DNA of 64,000 nucleotides from an uncultured Nitrospiraceae bacterium (GCA_963706325.1 CAVPLT010000002.1:179748-243747), one strand, 5' to 3'; shown: positions 27,685 to 38,671, numbered from the stretch's first letter. Notes: a model not told the origin generated them from the letters alone. Translations and numbers: made by a program.

Positions 27685-29112
27685 TTATGGATGACTGCGG
27701 TCGGCATGAGCTTCAAAGAGAAGGGTGCCGTCGGTTTTAAAGGTTGCCGAGAGGCTATCGGTGTGCACGGCGAGTTGTTTCAGCGCGAGCTGCTGCACCG
27801 TGCCATGCAACCGTCCTCCCGTCATCTCCCGATTTAAGCCGTTTTCCAGCGCTTTCCGCATGAGGTCCAACTCCGCTCGAATGGGAAGCACCAGCCTGCG
27901 GGCCAATTCTTGGCGCAGAGGCTCGTGCAGCCATTCCTCGGCCAAGTCAGTGGCCGCGGTGCGCTCCTTGATGGTGTAGTCAACCCCTCGAAATAAGATC
28001 CTCCCCGTAGGCTCGTCGTAGACCGGAGTACCCTTGAGGTGTAGCGTCAACGGCAGCAACCCCCGCAGGATCAATTCCACCCCGACCTGATTTCCGAGGG
28101 GATACAGTGTCGCCCCAGCAATCTTGATCGTGCCGACGCCCAAGGACCATTCCTGACCGACCACTGCCTCACGCAGACGTTGATTTGCTTCCTCAATCGG
28201 AACCTGCAGGGCGAAGGTCACGTGAAAGCCGTTGTCCTGATATCGATCGCGAGCATCTGGCAGGGCGAGGGGCCGTAAAACTGGCTTCGCTCCTCGCACC
28301 ACGGTGGGCTTGGCTGTCACTCCAAAGGCGGCTGCCGGAACCTCTGAGAGAGCCCCCACGCCGGCGGTGGCGACCGCTTCCGGATTCACCAGGAGCCAGA
28401 GAGCCTGAGCTTCGTCCAGCAGTAACGGTTCCTGCAGTTCTGTCCAGATGCGCGCCACTGACGGTTTTAAGGTGACGAGGCTCGCGGCTTTCTGATCTGC
28501 GGCCGGCAGGACTTTGTGAACGTCGCTGCGGTAGACTTGCGCCATCAATGGTGCCGCATCCGCGCGCTGTCCGGATAACACACAGGATCTGGTCGGCTCT
28601 ACGGCAGCGACCGTGCTCGCCGGAAGGAGGGTATAGCCGCGACCGTGCGCAAAGGCGGTCGCGAGCTGTACCGACAACCGGCCTGTTCCTGCCGTCGCGT
28701 CGCGCTGACCGCATTCGGCTACCTTCGTGATCGAGCCGTCAAGGCGTTTTGCATACTCCACTCCAAAGGGAAAGGTCGCGCGAGATATGAGTCGACCTTC
28801 TGCTGTCGTGGAATCCTGCTCTCCCGGCCAGACTCGGTATTTCAAAAATCCCGTGCCGCCGCCCAATGTGATCCACTCACGCCCGGTGGTCTGCTGGGAG
28901 GCAATATGCTGGTGGATTCCTTGGTATACCTCGCTGAGGGCAACCACCGGGATCGGCACATGAATGGTGATATTGGAAACTTGGTCTCGGCCTTGTTGAG
29001 CGCTCTCCTTCATTGCCGCTGATGCCGAGCCTGAGGCTGTGAGGTGACCGACCAGGGCGATCACACAGAGCCACGTCAATGGCGTGGGACGGAACGTTTT
29101 CTTTCCAACCAT
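27685..29112 (-). CDS. Exported protein, DUF4403-like
   Basis: Signal peptide; W..LQEP..L....WL.VNP and L.GTPVYD patterns. Confidence 0.6.
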   Translation of the reverse strand: MVGKKTFRPTPLTWLCVIALVGHLTASGSASAAMKESAQQGRDQVSNITIHVPIPVVALSEVYQGIHQHIASQQTTGREWITLGGGTGFLKYRVWPGEQDSTTAEGRLISRATFPFGVEYAKRLDGSITKVAECGQRDATAGTGRLSVQLATAFAHGRGYTLLPASTVAAVEPTRSCVLSGQRADAAPLMAQVYRSDVHKVLPAADQKAASLVTLKPSVARIWTELQEPLLLDEAQALWLLVNPEAVATAGVGALSEVPAAAFGVTAKPTVVRGAKPVLRPLALPDARDRYQDNGFHVTFALQVPIEEANQRLREAVVGQEWSLGVGTIKIAGATLYPLGNQVGVELILRGLLPLTLHLKGTPVYDEPTGRILFRGVDYTIKERTAATDLAEEWLHEPLRQELARRLVLPIRAELDLMRKALENGLNREMTGGRLHGTVQQLALKQLAVHTDSLSATFKTDGTLLFEAHADRSHP

Positions 29113-29256
29113 CAGTTCTCCTTATTCCATCTATGGATGGAAAATCGTCGCCTGAATTGTCGCGTAGGATCTTGTACAAATATGGGGGAACTGGAAATCG
29201 AAGGCAAGGGTGCCGATTGCGCCGCGCGCATCTCATGAGCACAGTCAGGCACGCTG

Positions 29257-30408
29257 TTAAGAGGTCGCGCTGCCTGGCGGAAGGGGAATGTACTGTCGAG
29301 GTACGCGGGGGCCGATGGCGCAAAGAATTTCATAGGGAATCGTGTGTTGCCATGCGGCCAAGTCGTGCGCCGTGATGCATTCCTGTCCCTGTTGCCCGAT
29401 CAGGATGGCTTCATGCCCGATTTCCACGCCGGGCACGTCCGTCACATCGACCATGGTCATGTCCATGCAGACACGTCCGACCACCGGCGTGCGCCGCCCG
29501 CCGATCAACACGACGCCCCGATTCGACAGGAGACGGTTGTAGCCATCCGCATACCCCATCGGCAGCACCGCAATGCGGGACGGACGTGAAGCGACGAAGG
29601 TGCGATTGTAGCTGACACTATCTCCAGGCTGAACAGTGTGAAGGTGTGCGATGGTGGTTTTCCAGGTAAGGACCGGTTTTACATCCGATGTCGGGTCTTC
29701 CTGTGCCAGGGTGTAGTACCCATAGAGCATAATGCCGGGGCGTACGAGTGAATAACGGCTCGCGGGATAGGTGGCGAGAGCCGCGCTATTCGCCGCATGC
29801 ACGAGCGGAAGTACGAGCCCTCGCTGTTGCAGTGTCTCAAGGGTTTGCTGGAATCGCGCAAGTTGTGCCTCGGTATGCCGGGTATCATGATTGTCGGCAT
29901 CGGCAAGATGGGTCATGAGTCCTTCCAGCCCCAGTACCGTTTGAAAGTCCGGCATGCCGATGAGATCAGGCATCTCCTGCGGAGAGAGGCCGAGACGCCC
30001 CATGCCGGTTTCGATTTTGATGTGCACGGGGTAGGGCGTGGCGCAGGACGGGATCTTGCCTGCAAAGGCATGCACCATATCGAGTCGATAGAGCACGGGT
30101 GTCAGCTGGTGAGCCACCAAGTCCGCAAACTGCGCAGGCATCGTCGCGCCCATCACCAGAATGGCATCGTTGATGCCTGCTTGGCGGAGGGCGATGCCCT
30201 CATCGAGGGTGGCGACGCCAAATCGGTGTACGGCCAGCCGTTGAAGGGCACGGGTCATCTCGACGGCGCCATGCCCATAGGCGTTGGCTTTTACGATGGC
30301 CAGCACCTCGGAGCGGGGAGCGAGACGGCGTACGTGCGCAAGATTCTGCGCAAGCGCACCCAGATCCACTAAGGCGGTAGTTGGGGGAAAATGAGAGGGC
30401 GTGTACAC
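29257..30408 (-). CDS. alr: Alanine racemase
   Basis: AIVKANAYGHG PLP-Lys motif; GRVCMD. Confidence 0.97.
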   Translation of the reverse strand: MYTPSHFPPTTALVDLGALAQNLAHVRRLAPRSEVLAIVKANAYGHGAVEMTRALQRLAVHRFGVATLDEGIALRQAGINDAILVMGATMPAQFADLVAHQLTPVLYRLDMVHAFAGKIPSCATPYPVHIKIETGMGRLGLSPQEMPDLIGMPDFQTVLGLEGLMTHLADADNHDTRHTEAQLARFQQTLETLQQRGLVLPLVHAANSAALATYPASRYSLVRPGIMLYGYYTLAQEDPTSDVKPVLTWKTTIAHLHTVQPGDSVSYNRTFVASRPSRIAVLPMGYADGYNRLLSNRGVVLIGGRRTPVVGRVCMDMTMVDVTDVPGVEIGHEAILIGQQGQECITAHDLAAWQHTIPYEILCAIGPRVPRQYIPLPPGSATS

Positions 30409-30433
30409 GCAGCTTGTCGTGCCGGAAAGGGCG

Positions 30434-30997
30434 TCAGACTTCGAGAATCTCGCCTTCTTTCTTCTTCATGACGTCGTCGATCTTCTGTATATATTGATCG
30501 GTCAGTTTCTGAATCTCGGTCTCCGACTTGCGCAATTCGTCTTCGGTCAACTTGGTGTCTTTCTGAAGTTTCTTGAGCTCTTCATTCCCATCCCGGCGGA
30601 AACCGCGGATCTGAACTTTCACTTCTTCGCCGTGTTTCTTGCACACTTTGATGAGCTCTTTCCGGCGTTCTTCGGTCAGGGGCGGAAGGGGAATGCGGAT
30701 GAGCTTCCCATCGTTGGAGGGCGTCAGTCCGAGATCGGAGATTTGAATGGCTTTTTCGATTTCTCTGATCAGATTTTGTTCCCAGGGCTGAATTGTAATG
30801 AGCCGTGCTTCAGGAGTGGCGACATTCGCGACCTGTTTCAGCGGAGTCAGCGTGCCATAATAGTCGACCTTGATGCCGTCCACCAATGCCACCGAGGCGC
30901 GACCGGTGCGGAGCCCAGCCAAATCGCGTTTCATATGTTCGATCGCGTGATCCATTTTCTCCGTTACGCGTTGTTTCACTTCCTGCGCCGTCGACAT
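30434..30997 (-). CDS. frr: Ribosome recycling factor
   Basis: LRTGRAS, PPLTEERRKEL; operon context. Confidence 0.98.
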   Translation of the reverse strand: MSTAQEVKQRVTEKMDHAIEHMKRDLAGLRTGRASVALVDGIKVDYYGTLTPLKQVANVATPEARLITIQPWEQNLIREIEKAIQISDLGLTPSNDGKLIRIPLPPLTEERRKELIKVCKKHGEEVKVQIRGFRRDGNEELKKLQKDTKLTEDELRKSETEIQKLTDQYIQKIDDVMKKKEGEILEV

Positions 30998-31009
30998 CAG
31001 CCTCTCTCC

Positions 31010-31735
31010 TTAGCGGCTTCCTACGGTGACCACGGTTCCGATGGGATCACCTTGGACGACCCGTTTAAAGTTTCCCTTCTCGGATAAGTTAAAGACGATC
31101 AACGGCAGCCGGTTATCCATACAAAGGCTGATGGCCGTCGAGTCCATGACTTTCAGATTCTGGGTCAGAATCGACAGGAAGGGGATTTCAGTATATTTCT
31201 TGGCTTGCGGGTTTTTAACGGGGTCGCTGTCATAGATGCCGTCGACTTTTGTGCCTTTCATGATGACCTCCGCGCCGATTTCCATGGCTCGGAGCGACGC
31301 GGCCGTGTCGGTCGAGAAATAGGGATTTCCGGTCCCACCGGCAAAAATCACCACACGCTTTTTTTCCAAATGCCGGATGGCGCGACGGCGAATATAGCCT
31401 TCCGCCAACTGGCGCATTTCGATCGCCGACTGCACACGGGTCGAAATCCCTTTGCTCTCCAGCGAATTTTGGAGAGCGAGCGCGTTCAACACAGTAGCCA
31501 GCATGCCCATGTAGTCAGCCGAAGCCCGTTCCATGCCGCGCGCGCTGGCGGCCAGACCACGAAAGATATTGCCGCCGCCGATCACGACGGCGACTTCAAC
31601 GTCCATCGCGACGACGTCGGCAATTTCGTCCGCTAGTCCTTCGAGAATCGAGGGTTGAATGCCATAGCCCTGCTCACCGGCCAGCATTTCTCCGCTGACT
31701 TTCAGCAGGATGCGGCGGTACTGCGCAGAGCTCAT
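31010..31735 (-). CDS. pyrH: UMP kinase
   Basis: [25 protein letters not shown]. Confidence 0.98.
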   Translation of the reverse strand: MSSAQYRRILLKVSGEMLAGEQGYGIQPSILEGLADEIADVVAMDVEVAVVIGGGNIFRGLAASARGMERASADYMGMLATVLNALALQNSLESKGISTRVQSAIEMRQLAEGYIRRRAIRHLEKKRVVIFAGGTGNPYFSTDTAASLRAMEIGAEVIMKGTKVDGIYDSDPVKNPQAKKYTEIPFLSILTQNLKVMDSTAISLCMDNRLPLIVFNLSEKGNFKRVVQGDPIGTVVTVGSR

Positions 31736-32328
31736 GCCTGGCCTAATTGATACCGGGTGAAGCGGCGAATGTTCATGTTCTCACCGATTTTACCGATTTG
31801 CTGTGCGAGCAGATCTTTGATGGTAACCGACGGATCTTTGATGAAGCCCTGTTCGAGCAAGCAGTTCTCCTGGTAAAACTTTTCCAGCTTGCCCTCGATG
31901 ATTTTTGGCCAGGCTGCGGGAGGCTTGCCCAACTCTTTGGCCTGTCCTTCGTAGATGCTTCGTTCCTTCGTGACGACGTCCGCAGGAATTTCTTCCCGTC
32001 TGACACAGGAGGGATTCGATGCCGCCACCTGCAGGGCTAAATCATTCACGAAGGCTTTGAACTGTTCGTTTCGCGCCACGAAATCAGTTTCGCAATTGAC
32101 TTCGATGAGCACTCCAATTTTCCCCCCGGCGTGGATATAGGCGTGGACCAACCCCTGGTTGGTTTCGCGACCGGCTTTTTTCTGGGCTGCAGCCAATCCC
32201 TTTTGCCGAAGATAATCGATGGCTTTGTCGATGCTGTTTCCATTTTCTGACAAGGCTTTCTGGCAATCCAGAATGCCGGCCCCTGTTTTTTCACGCAGCT
32301 CTTTTACGAGATCACTCAGACTTGCCAT
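31732..32328 (-). CDS. tsf: Elongation factor Ts (short form)
   Basis: [27 protein letters not shown]. Confidence 0.97.
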   Translation of the reverse strand: MASLSDLVKELREKTGAGILDCQKALSENGNSIDKAIDYLRQKGLAAAQKKAGRETNQGLVHAYIHAGGKIGVLIEVNCETDFVARNEQFKAFVNDLALQVAASNPSCVRREEIPADVVTKERSIYEGQAKELGKPPAAWPKIIEGKLEKFYQENCLLEQGFIKDPSVTIKDLLAQQIGKIGENMNIRRFTRYQLGQA

Positions 32329-32379
32329 GGGCTCCTCAGTTGGTCGAATAGAACAATGCCGTCCTGCAGGGTGCGGCGT

Positions 32380-33153
32380 TTACGAGGCTGACACGCCGGC
32401 CAGGCGTGCGGTCGGTTTGGAGCCGCCACCCGCCGGTGCCGTCGCAAATTCAGTTTCTTCATGCTGTGTCCGGAGATGCGCCCCTTCGAGGCAGGCGTCC
32501 GCGATGCGGGAAATAATCAACTTGATGGAGCGAATCGCATCGTCGTTGCCGGGAATGGGATATTGAATATGGTCCGGATCACAGTTCGAGTCGAGGATCG
32601 CAATGACTGGAATTTCGAGCCGGCTGGCCTCGAGGATCGCGATGTGCTCGATCCGCGTATCCAAGACGAATACCGCACCAGGCAACCCACGCATGTTGCG
32701 GATGCCCGACAGGTTCTTCTGGAGCTTGACGACTTCCTTCTGCATCTGCCCAAGCTCTTTCTTGGTATGGCCCTGATGAGTCGGGTCGGCGAGGGTCGTT
32801 TCCATTTTTTTCATTTTGTCGATGCTGCGACGGATGGTCTGAAAATTGGTCAACATGCCGCCCAACCATCGCTGGTTGATGAAAAATTGATTGGCGCGCT
32901 TGGCTTCTTCTTCCAAAATCTCCGCTGCTTGGCGCTTGGTGCCGACGAATAAAACGGATTCTCCGGCTGCCACGGTGTCGCGTGCGAAGGCATAGGCCTG
33001 TTCCATGCGCGCAACCGTCTGTTGCAAATCGATGATGTACACGCCGTTTCGCTCACCGAACAGGAATCGCTTCATCTTCGGATTCCAACGGTTCGTCTGG
33101 TGGCCGAAATGGACTCCGGCTTCCAGTAATTCTTTAATCGCAACGACTCCCAT
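32380..33153 (-). CDS. rpsB: 30S ribosomal protein S2
   Basis: LLEAGVHFGHQT, RWLGGMLTNF, PGNDDA. Confidence 0.99.
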   Translation of the reverse strand: MGVVAIKELLEAGVHFGHQTNRWNPKMKRFLFGERNGVYIIDLQQTVARMEQAYAFARDTVAAGESVLFVGTKRQAAEILEEEAKRANQFFINQRWLGGMLTNFQTIRRSIDKMKKMETTLADPTHQGHTKKELGQMQKEVVKLQKNLSGIRNMRGLPGAVFVLDTRIEHIAILEASRLEIPVIAILDSNCDPDHIQYPIPGNDDAIRSIKLIISRIADACLEGAHLRTQHEETEFATAPAGGGSKPTARLAGVSAS

Positions 33154-33382
33154 ACCTTCACCTCCCTCCGAAGCCTGCAGAGCGCCTGGCGAACGCCAAC
33201 GGCGAGGGGGATGTCCCCCTTATTCTCAGGCTGCGCAGCGTGCGCATCACGCTGGTTTGGATTTAAATAAGACGTCCCTGATTGTGTGGCTCAAGCGGTG
33301 AACGATGGGACAGACCCTTCACTGCACGAAAACGCCCGAACGCTAGCACACTCGCCTCTACTTTGCAACCAACCAAGCCCCG

Positions 33383-34588
33383 TCACGAGCGATAACTCGC
33401 GTTGATGCGCACGTATTCGTAAGATAAATCCGTGGTCCACATGTGTGACTCGGATTTCCCAAGTCCGAGGTCCACAAGAATAGTAAAGTCTCGTTGCTGG
33501 AAGACTTTGGTCAGCCGTCGTTCAGCCCCATGTCCGAGACTTTGCCCCCGTCGTACCATTGCGACATTTCCAAATTGAAGACTCACGCGCATGGGATCGA
33601 TGGGGACTCCTGCGCGCCCAAGGGCGGCCATGACGCGCCCCCAGTTTGCGTCACCACCGAACAGTGCTGTTTTGACCAGGCTCGATGTCGCAATCGTTTG
33701 CGCAACCTGTCGGGCTGACCGCGCAGTCTTGGCCCCTTGGACTTGGATGCGCACCACCTTGGTAACCCCTTCGCCGTCCCAGCAAATTTTCAATGCCAGC
33801 GTCCGGCAGACCGTTTCAACCATCGCGCAAAAACGCGTAAAGTCTGCAGAGCCGGGTATGAGTGTCTCATTTCCGGCCATTCCATTGGCAAGGCATAGGA
33901 CCGTGTCGTTCGTGCTGGTATCCCCATCAACGGTGATGCAATTGAACGATTGATCGACGGCCTGACGAAGTGCCAGTTGGAGGGTACGCTGACTAATGGC
34001 CGCATCGGTCGTCAGATAGGCCAGCATGGTTGCCATGCTGGGATGGATCATTCCGGATCCTTTGGCCATCCCGCCGACCGTCACCATGTGTCCGCCTAGT
34101 CGAGCGCGTACTGCCACCTCCTTCGGCTTAAGGTCAGTCGTCATAATAGCCTGCGCCGCCTCGCGGCCTCCGCGGCGATTGACCCGAGCGAGTAGGGCAG
34201 GCATCCCTCGTTTGATACAGCTCAGGGGGAGCGGTTGGCCTATGACTCCGGTCGATCCGATGAAGATGGTATGAAGAGGTGTCTGTAGCGCCGTGGCGAC
34301 CAGCTGCGCCATGTCTGCAGCCGTCCTCATCCCTTCGGGTCCGGTGCAGGCGTTGGCATTGCCGCTATTGATGAGGATGGCGCGGCCAATTCCTTTTTTT
34401 AAATGTAGGCGATCAAGGATGACAGGGGCTGCCGCGATACGATTCGTCGTGAAGACACCTGCGATGGGTCCTTTTTTTTCCGACACCAGCAATGCCAAAT
34501 CGAGCTGCTTCTTTTTCTTAATTCCGCAATAGATTCCGGCAGCCCGAAACCCAAGCGGGGCCGTGACGCCTCCTGGAATAGTTTTCAT
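33383..34588 (-). CDS. argJ: Bifunctional glutamate N-acetyltransferase
   Basis: NSGNANA, KGSGMIHPSMATML, DGDTSTND. Confidence 0.96.
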   Translation of the reverse strand: MKTIPGGVTAPLGFRAAGIYCGIKKKKQLDLALLVSEKKGPIAGVFTTNRIAAAPVILDRLHLKKGIGRAILINSGNANACTGPEGMRTAADMAQLVATALQTPLHTIFIGSTGVIGQPLPLSCIKRGMPALLARVNRRGGREAAQAIMTTDLKPKEVAVRARLGGHMVTVGGMAKGSGMIHPSMATMLAYLTTDAAISQRTLQLALRQAVDQSFNCITVDGDTSTNDTVLCLANGMAGNETLIPGSADFTRFCAMVETVCRTLALKICWDGEGVTKVVRIQVQGAKTARSARQVAQTIATSSLVKTALFGGDANWGRVMAALGRAGVPIDPMRVSLQFGNVAMVRRGQSLGHGAERRLTKVFQQRDFTILVDLGLGKSESHMWTTDLSYEYVRINASYRS

Positions 34589-34645
34589 TTGTTGTCCTGT
34601 GTGGAGTGGGGATGGGTCGTATGCGGGCTCACTCATTCAGCAAGC

Positions 34646-35719
34646 TTATGGATAGATGCCGGGCGCGGTTAAGCCCATCTCTTCAGGATATCCGAGCATG
34701 AGATTCATGGCCTGGATGGCTTGTCCTGCCGCTCCTTTGATCAGGTTGTCGATGGCGGCGACGGTCACGACCCAGCCGGCACGTGTATCGGTATGCACCG
34801 CGAGATCGCAGTAGTTGGCGCCTCGCACATGTCGTGGATTCGGCATGGCGGTTTCGAGTAATCGCACAAATCGTTCACCCTTGTAAAAATCTCGGTAGAG
34901 GGCCCTTAATTCAACGACATCCAGCGTTCCTTTCACTCGCGCGTAGGCGGTGCTTAAAATGCCGCGATTCATAGGCACGAGATGTGGCGTGAACGCGATG
35001 GTGACGGTGCTTTCCTGTCCGTCGGTCCTTCGTCCGTGCTTTCTGGCCAGCATGGAAAGTTCCTGCTCAATTTCAGGAATGTGTCGATGTTGACCGATCT
35101 TATAGGGCTCTAGCGATTCGTGGGCTTCTGGAAAGTGGTAGGGCAAGGCCGGACTTCTTCCGGCTCCGGACACACCCGACTTGGCATCGATCACAATCGT
35201 ATCCGGTACGACCAGGCCATGCGCGAGCAATGGCGCCAATTGCAAAATTGCGGCAGTGGGGTAGCAGCCAGGTGAGGCGACCAGGCGCGCCTGTGCTATG
35301 GCCGCTCGATGCAATTCTGGCAGTCCGTACACCGCGCCTTCGATCAGATCGGGATGCGCATGCGAAGTCTGATACCATGCCTCGTATGTTCGGGGATCCT
35401 TGAGCCTGAAGTCGGCGCTCAGGTCAATGACGCGCTTACCGGCTTTCATGCAGCTCGCCACTGGCCCCATGGACTTAGTATGTGGCAAGGCTAGAAAAAG
35501 CACATCGGCGTGCTCCGCCAAGGCTTCAGGCGCCAGAGCTTCAAACGTTAGGGGTATGACGTTCTGCAAGTGGGGATAGACAGACGAGACCGTCATCCCC
35601 GCGGATTTTTCCGAGGTCACCGCCGCCAAGGTGACTTGGGGATGTTGAGAAAGCAACCGTAACAATTCCGCGCCCGTGTATCCACTGGCGCCCGCCACTG
35701 CGACTCGTACCGACGTCAT
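34646..35719 (-). CDS. argC: N-acetyl-gamma-glutamyl-phosphate reductase
   Basis: GASGYTG, PGCYPT, DNLIKGAAGQA. Confidence 0.97.
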   Translation of the reverse strand: MTSVRVAVAGASGYTGAELLRLLSQHPQVTLAAVTSEKSAGMTVSSVYPHLQNVIPLTFEALAPEALAEHADVLFLALPHTKSMGPVASCMKAGKRVIDLSADFRLKDPRTYEAWYQTSHAHPDLIEGAVYGLPELHRAAIAQARLVASPGCYPTAAILQLAPLLAHGLVVPDTIVIDAKSGVSGAGRSPALPYHFPEAHESLEPYKIGQHRHIPEIEQELSMLARKHGRRTDGQESTVTIAFTPHLVPMNRGILSTAYARVKGTLDVVELRALYRDFYKGERFVRLLETAMPNPRHVRGANYCDLAVHTDTRAGWVVTVAAIDNLIKGAAGQAIQAMNLMLGYPEEMGLTAPGIYP

Positions 35720-35771
35720 GTCACTTCTCCTGCATTAGCGTAGGCTACTTATCGGCACGTTATGTCGCACA

Positions 35772-35806
35772 TAAAAAAAGGGAAGGCCGCGGAGCCTTCC
35801 CTTTTT
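35772..35806. terminator. Rho-independent terminator after rpsI
   Basis: AAAAAAAGGGAAGGC-CGCGGA-GCCTTCCCTTTTT hairpin with U tracts. Confidence 0.85.
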
Positions 35807-35831
35807 GACATATGTCGCTCCAGGCGTTCTC

Positions 35832-36224
35832 TTATCGCTTCGAGTATTGGAAGCGCTTTCTTGCGCCCTTTTGGCCGTACTTTTTGCGCTCTTTCACGCG
35901 CGAATCCCGGGTGAGAAGGCCTTCCTTCTTGAGGGGGCTACGGAATGCCGCACTCATGATGACCAGTGCTTTGGAGATCGCATGCCGGAGGGCTCCCGCC
36001 TGGCCGGCCGGCCCACCGCCATAGACGGTGGCGCGCACTGAATATTTGCCGGCGACCCCAGCCAACTCGAACGGAAATTGAATGACATTCCGCAGGGTCA
36101 TGCGGGGGAATGCTTTGTCCAGTGGCTTCTCATTCACAACGATATCGCCGGCGGCGGCGGTCACCCAGGCACGAGCGATTGCGCTCTTTCTTTTTCCGGT
36201 TGCATACTGAGTCAATGCTGCCAT
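35832..36224 (-). CDS. rpsI: 30S ribosomal protein S9
   Basis: C-terminal KERKKYGQKGARKRFQYSKR. Confidence 0.99.
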   Translation of the reverse strand: MAALTQYATGKRKSAIARAWVTAAAGDIVVNEKPLDKAFPRMTLRNVIQFPFELAGVAGKYSVRATVYGGGPAGQAGALRHAISKALVIMSAAFRSPLKKEGLLTRDSRVKERKKYGQKGARKRFQYSKR

Positions 36225-36266
36225 ATCAGGCCGTCTCCTTCACAGATCCAGTTCAAACAATAATGG

Positions 36267-36698
36267 TCAGAGTGAGAGTGATTCCAGTTGCTGCGCGTGA
36301 TGCGGGTGGGTCGGTCCCGCATAGACCCGCAATTTCTTTGCCATATGATTTCCCAGGGGATTCTTAGGCAGCATGCCTTCAATGGCTCTTGTCAAGAGCT
36401 CGGTCGGTTGTTTCCGGTGGATGTGTTCTGCGGTCAACGTTTTAAGTCCGCCTGGATATCCGGTGTGATAGGAATAGGTTTTGGATTCCATCTTATTTCC
36501 GGTCAGGCGAATTTTCTCCGCATTCACAATCACGACATGATCCCCCGTATCCACATGGGGCGTGAAGGTGGGTTTGTGCTTGCCGCGCAGCAGCGTAGCA
36601 ACTTTCGCGGCCAAGCGGCCGAGCGTTTTTCCGTCGGCATCCACTAAGAACCACTTGCGTTTCACATCAGCTGGCTTTTCGAGGTACGTTTTTGTCAT
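36267..36698 (-). CDS. rplM: 50S ribosomal protein L13
   Basis: LGRLA..LRGKHKPTFTPHVDTGD, HTGYPGGLK. Confidence 0.99.
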   Translation of the reverse strand: MTKTYLEKPADVKRKWFLVDADGKTLGRLAAKVATLLRGKHKPTFTPHVDTGDHVVIVNAEKIRLTGNKMESKTYSYHTGYPGGLKTLTAEHIHRKQPTELLTRAIEGMLPKNPLGNHMAKKLRVYAGPTHPHHAQQLESLSL

Positions 36699-36748
36699 GG
36701 TCTCCATCTACTCCTGCACGATAGGCTTCTGCTGTGAGGCGCAAGGCC

Positions 36749-37234
36749 TCAGGCTTGTTGGGGTTCGATATTTTTGGCGTCGAGTTTGTTGATCCATGCA
36801 TCCAAGTGAACGGCGGTTCGGCGATTAAGTACGTCTTGTGTGGCATAGATCGGGCAATCTGCGCGGAGTGCGAGGGCAATGGCATCACTCGGTCTCGCGT
36901 CTAGTGTCCGGTGCACTCCCTTTGACGCAAATGCCACACTCGCATAATAGGTGCTGCTCTTCACATCCGTAATCACGACTCTTTCAATGCGAATGCCCAA
37001 GTGATCCGCGAAACTCCGAATGAGGTCGTGGCTCATTGGCCGGGGCGTCACCACATGTTCCATAGCGAGGCGAATCGCATTGCCTTCGGCAGACCCGACC
37101 CAGATCGGAAGCGTGACACTCGCGTCCTCACTCTTGAGGACGACGATACGAGTATCGGTATTACCGTCTTCCAATACTTGTTTGACGGTCAACGCCACGA
37201 GTTCCGGCGCCTGGTTCTGGGTGACTAGTTCCAC
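36749..37234 (-). CDS. Bifunctional nuclease family (DUF151) protein
   Basis: LPIWVG..E, RPMSHDL, DARPSDAIALA; GTG start at 37234 inferred. Confidence 0.88.
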   Translation of the reverse strand: MELVTQNQAPELVALTVKQVLEDGNTDTRIVVLKSEDASVTLPIWVGSAEGNAIRLAMEHVVTPRPMSHDLIRSFADHLGIRIERVVITDVKSSTYYASVAFASKGVHRTLDARPSDAIALALRADCPIYATQDVLNRRTAVHLDAWINKLDAKNIEPQQA

Positions 37235-37236
37235 GG

Positions 37237-37692
37237 CTAGGTATCCAGTTTGCCAAAGTCTTCCGGCTTTAAATTTTCCAGCCACTGTTCGAGTTCTTCC
37301 GAAGACTGTTTCTTAATGACTTTCTCGCTCGCAAAGATCGGCGCGCTGGTGCGCAGCGCCAATGCGATTGCATCGCTGGGGCGAGAATCGACCGTGTATT
37401 CTGAGTCCTCATACATTAAGTGAATCGTTGCGAAATAGGTGTTTTCGTTCAAGTCTGTAATGACCACACTGATGATTTTCGCATCGAATGTATCCAGGAA
37501 TGATTTCATCAAATCGTGCGTCATGGGACGCGGAGCGGTGACGCTCTCTAGCGCCAGACCGATCGCGCTGGCTTCTGATTTGCCTACCCAGATCGGGAGC
37601 ATGTCCGATTTCTCTTCATCTCGCAACACTACGATGTAGGCGTTGTTATAGGGGTCAAAAATCAGACCCTTAACCCGCATTTGTGTAATCAC
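37237..37692 (-). CDS. Bifunctional nuclease family (DUF151) protein
   Basis: LPIWVG..EA, RPMTHDL, DSRPSDAIALA. Confidence 0.92.
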   Translation of the reverse strand: MITQMRVKGLIFDPYNNAYIVVLRDEEKSDMLPIWVGKSEASAIGLALESVTAPRPMTHDLMKSFLDTFDAKIISVVITDLNENTYFATIHLMYEDSEYTVDSRPSDAIALALRTSAPIFASEKVIKKQSSEELEQWLENLKPEDFGKLDT

Positions 37693-37909
37693 GGCGGGAT
37701 TGTCCTTCCAGACTTCAGCCTAAAACATCGACAATTGAGGAATTTAGCATTTCGGAAATCGGCCTGTCAACGAATTCAATTTTGAAATTGTGGAGGTGAC
37801 TCTGCGGATCGCAGGATAATAAGATCCACGATCTTTCCTGCGTCGCATGGTTGAAGGCGTGACTGATCTTTGGCCGCACCATCTCGGTCACCTCAACAAT
37901 TTCTCCCGT

Positions 37910-38191
37910 CTAAGAACCGGCTGGTCGGAAGTTCTGTTCCAATTTGGACGTGTCGGTTTGCTCACCTAGCTTGAGAAAGGCCTTCATTTGTTTTTTTACG
38001 AGCTCTCGGCCGCTCTCATCCCCTAAGTTCACCTGGTACTCATTGATGACCATCACGCGCATGCCTTCCCACTTTTGCCAGCAGGGCTTACAAACTTTCG
38101 CTTTGATCTCAGCCTCGAGCTTTCCGAGAAATAACATATCGGTAATTGCTTCGCCCGCTTGGCCGCAGGTGACACATTGCACATCCGCCAT
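37910..38191 (-). CDS. Fe(II)-trafficking / oxidative damage protection protein (YggX-like)
   Basis: CKPCWQKW..MRVMVINEY.VNL...RELV..QMKAFL. Confidence 0.75.
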   Translation of the reverse strand: MADVQCVTCGQAGEAITDMLFLGKLEAEIKAKVCKPCWQKWEGMRVMVINEYQVNLGDESGRELVKKQMKAFLKLGEQTDTSKLEQNFRPAGS

Positions 38192-38371
38192 GGTTGCCTC
38201 CATAAATTCCTTGTCGGTCGCTTGCATATTCCAAAGATCATTCTAGCATCCGATATTTGCAGAAAAAAAGAGTACGCCTTCAGATTGACGCTTATCCCGC
38301 TTCATGGTAAAAAAAGCTCCCCCTCACTGTAAAGAGGTGTAGTGATGGGACCACGTGGCGATGGTTCTTGT

Positions 38372-38458
38372 GCCCGGATGGCGGAACTGGCAGACGCGCC
38401 GGACTCAAAATCCGGTTCTCGCAAGAGAGTGGGAGTTCGACCCTCCCTCTGGGCACCA
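38372..38458 (+). tRNA. tRNA-Leu (CAA)
   Basis: Acceptor GCCCGGA/TCTGGGC-ACCA, anticodon stem CCGGA-CTCAAAA-TCCGG, long variable arm, GTTCGAC T loop, encoded CCA. Confidence 0.97.
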
Positions 38459-38551
38459 TCAATTTGAACGGATGAATCAGGATGATCAGAGAAAATGTAA
38501 TGGTGGAACCCGGGCCAACACTATATAGTGGATGGGTCGCCTGAAAACATC

Positions 38552-38580
38552 TTGACATAATGTGGTTGTTGGCCTATAGT
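38552..38580 (+). promoter_or_regulatory. Near-consensus sigma70 promoter
   Basis: TTGACA-N17-TATAGT upstream of the 38672 gene. Confidence 0.7.
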
Positions 38581-38671
38581 CCGCCCGAATTTGTCTAGGA
38601 ATGCGTATGACCAGTTTATCGCCGTCCATCATCATTCTCTTATCAATTCCATCTCACTAAGGAGGCAGCAC

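Noticed and set aside
31732..32328. EF-Ts of only 198 aa as a truncation
   Set aside because: The short EF-Ts form is a known natural variant in several phyla; the gene has normal ends.
38372..38458. tRNA-Leu as an island integration site
   Set aside because: No adjacent integrase, and I saw no duplicated tRNA 3' end in the window.
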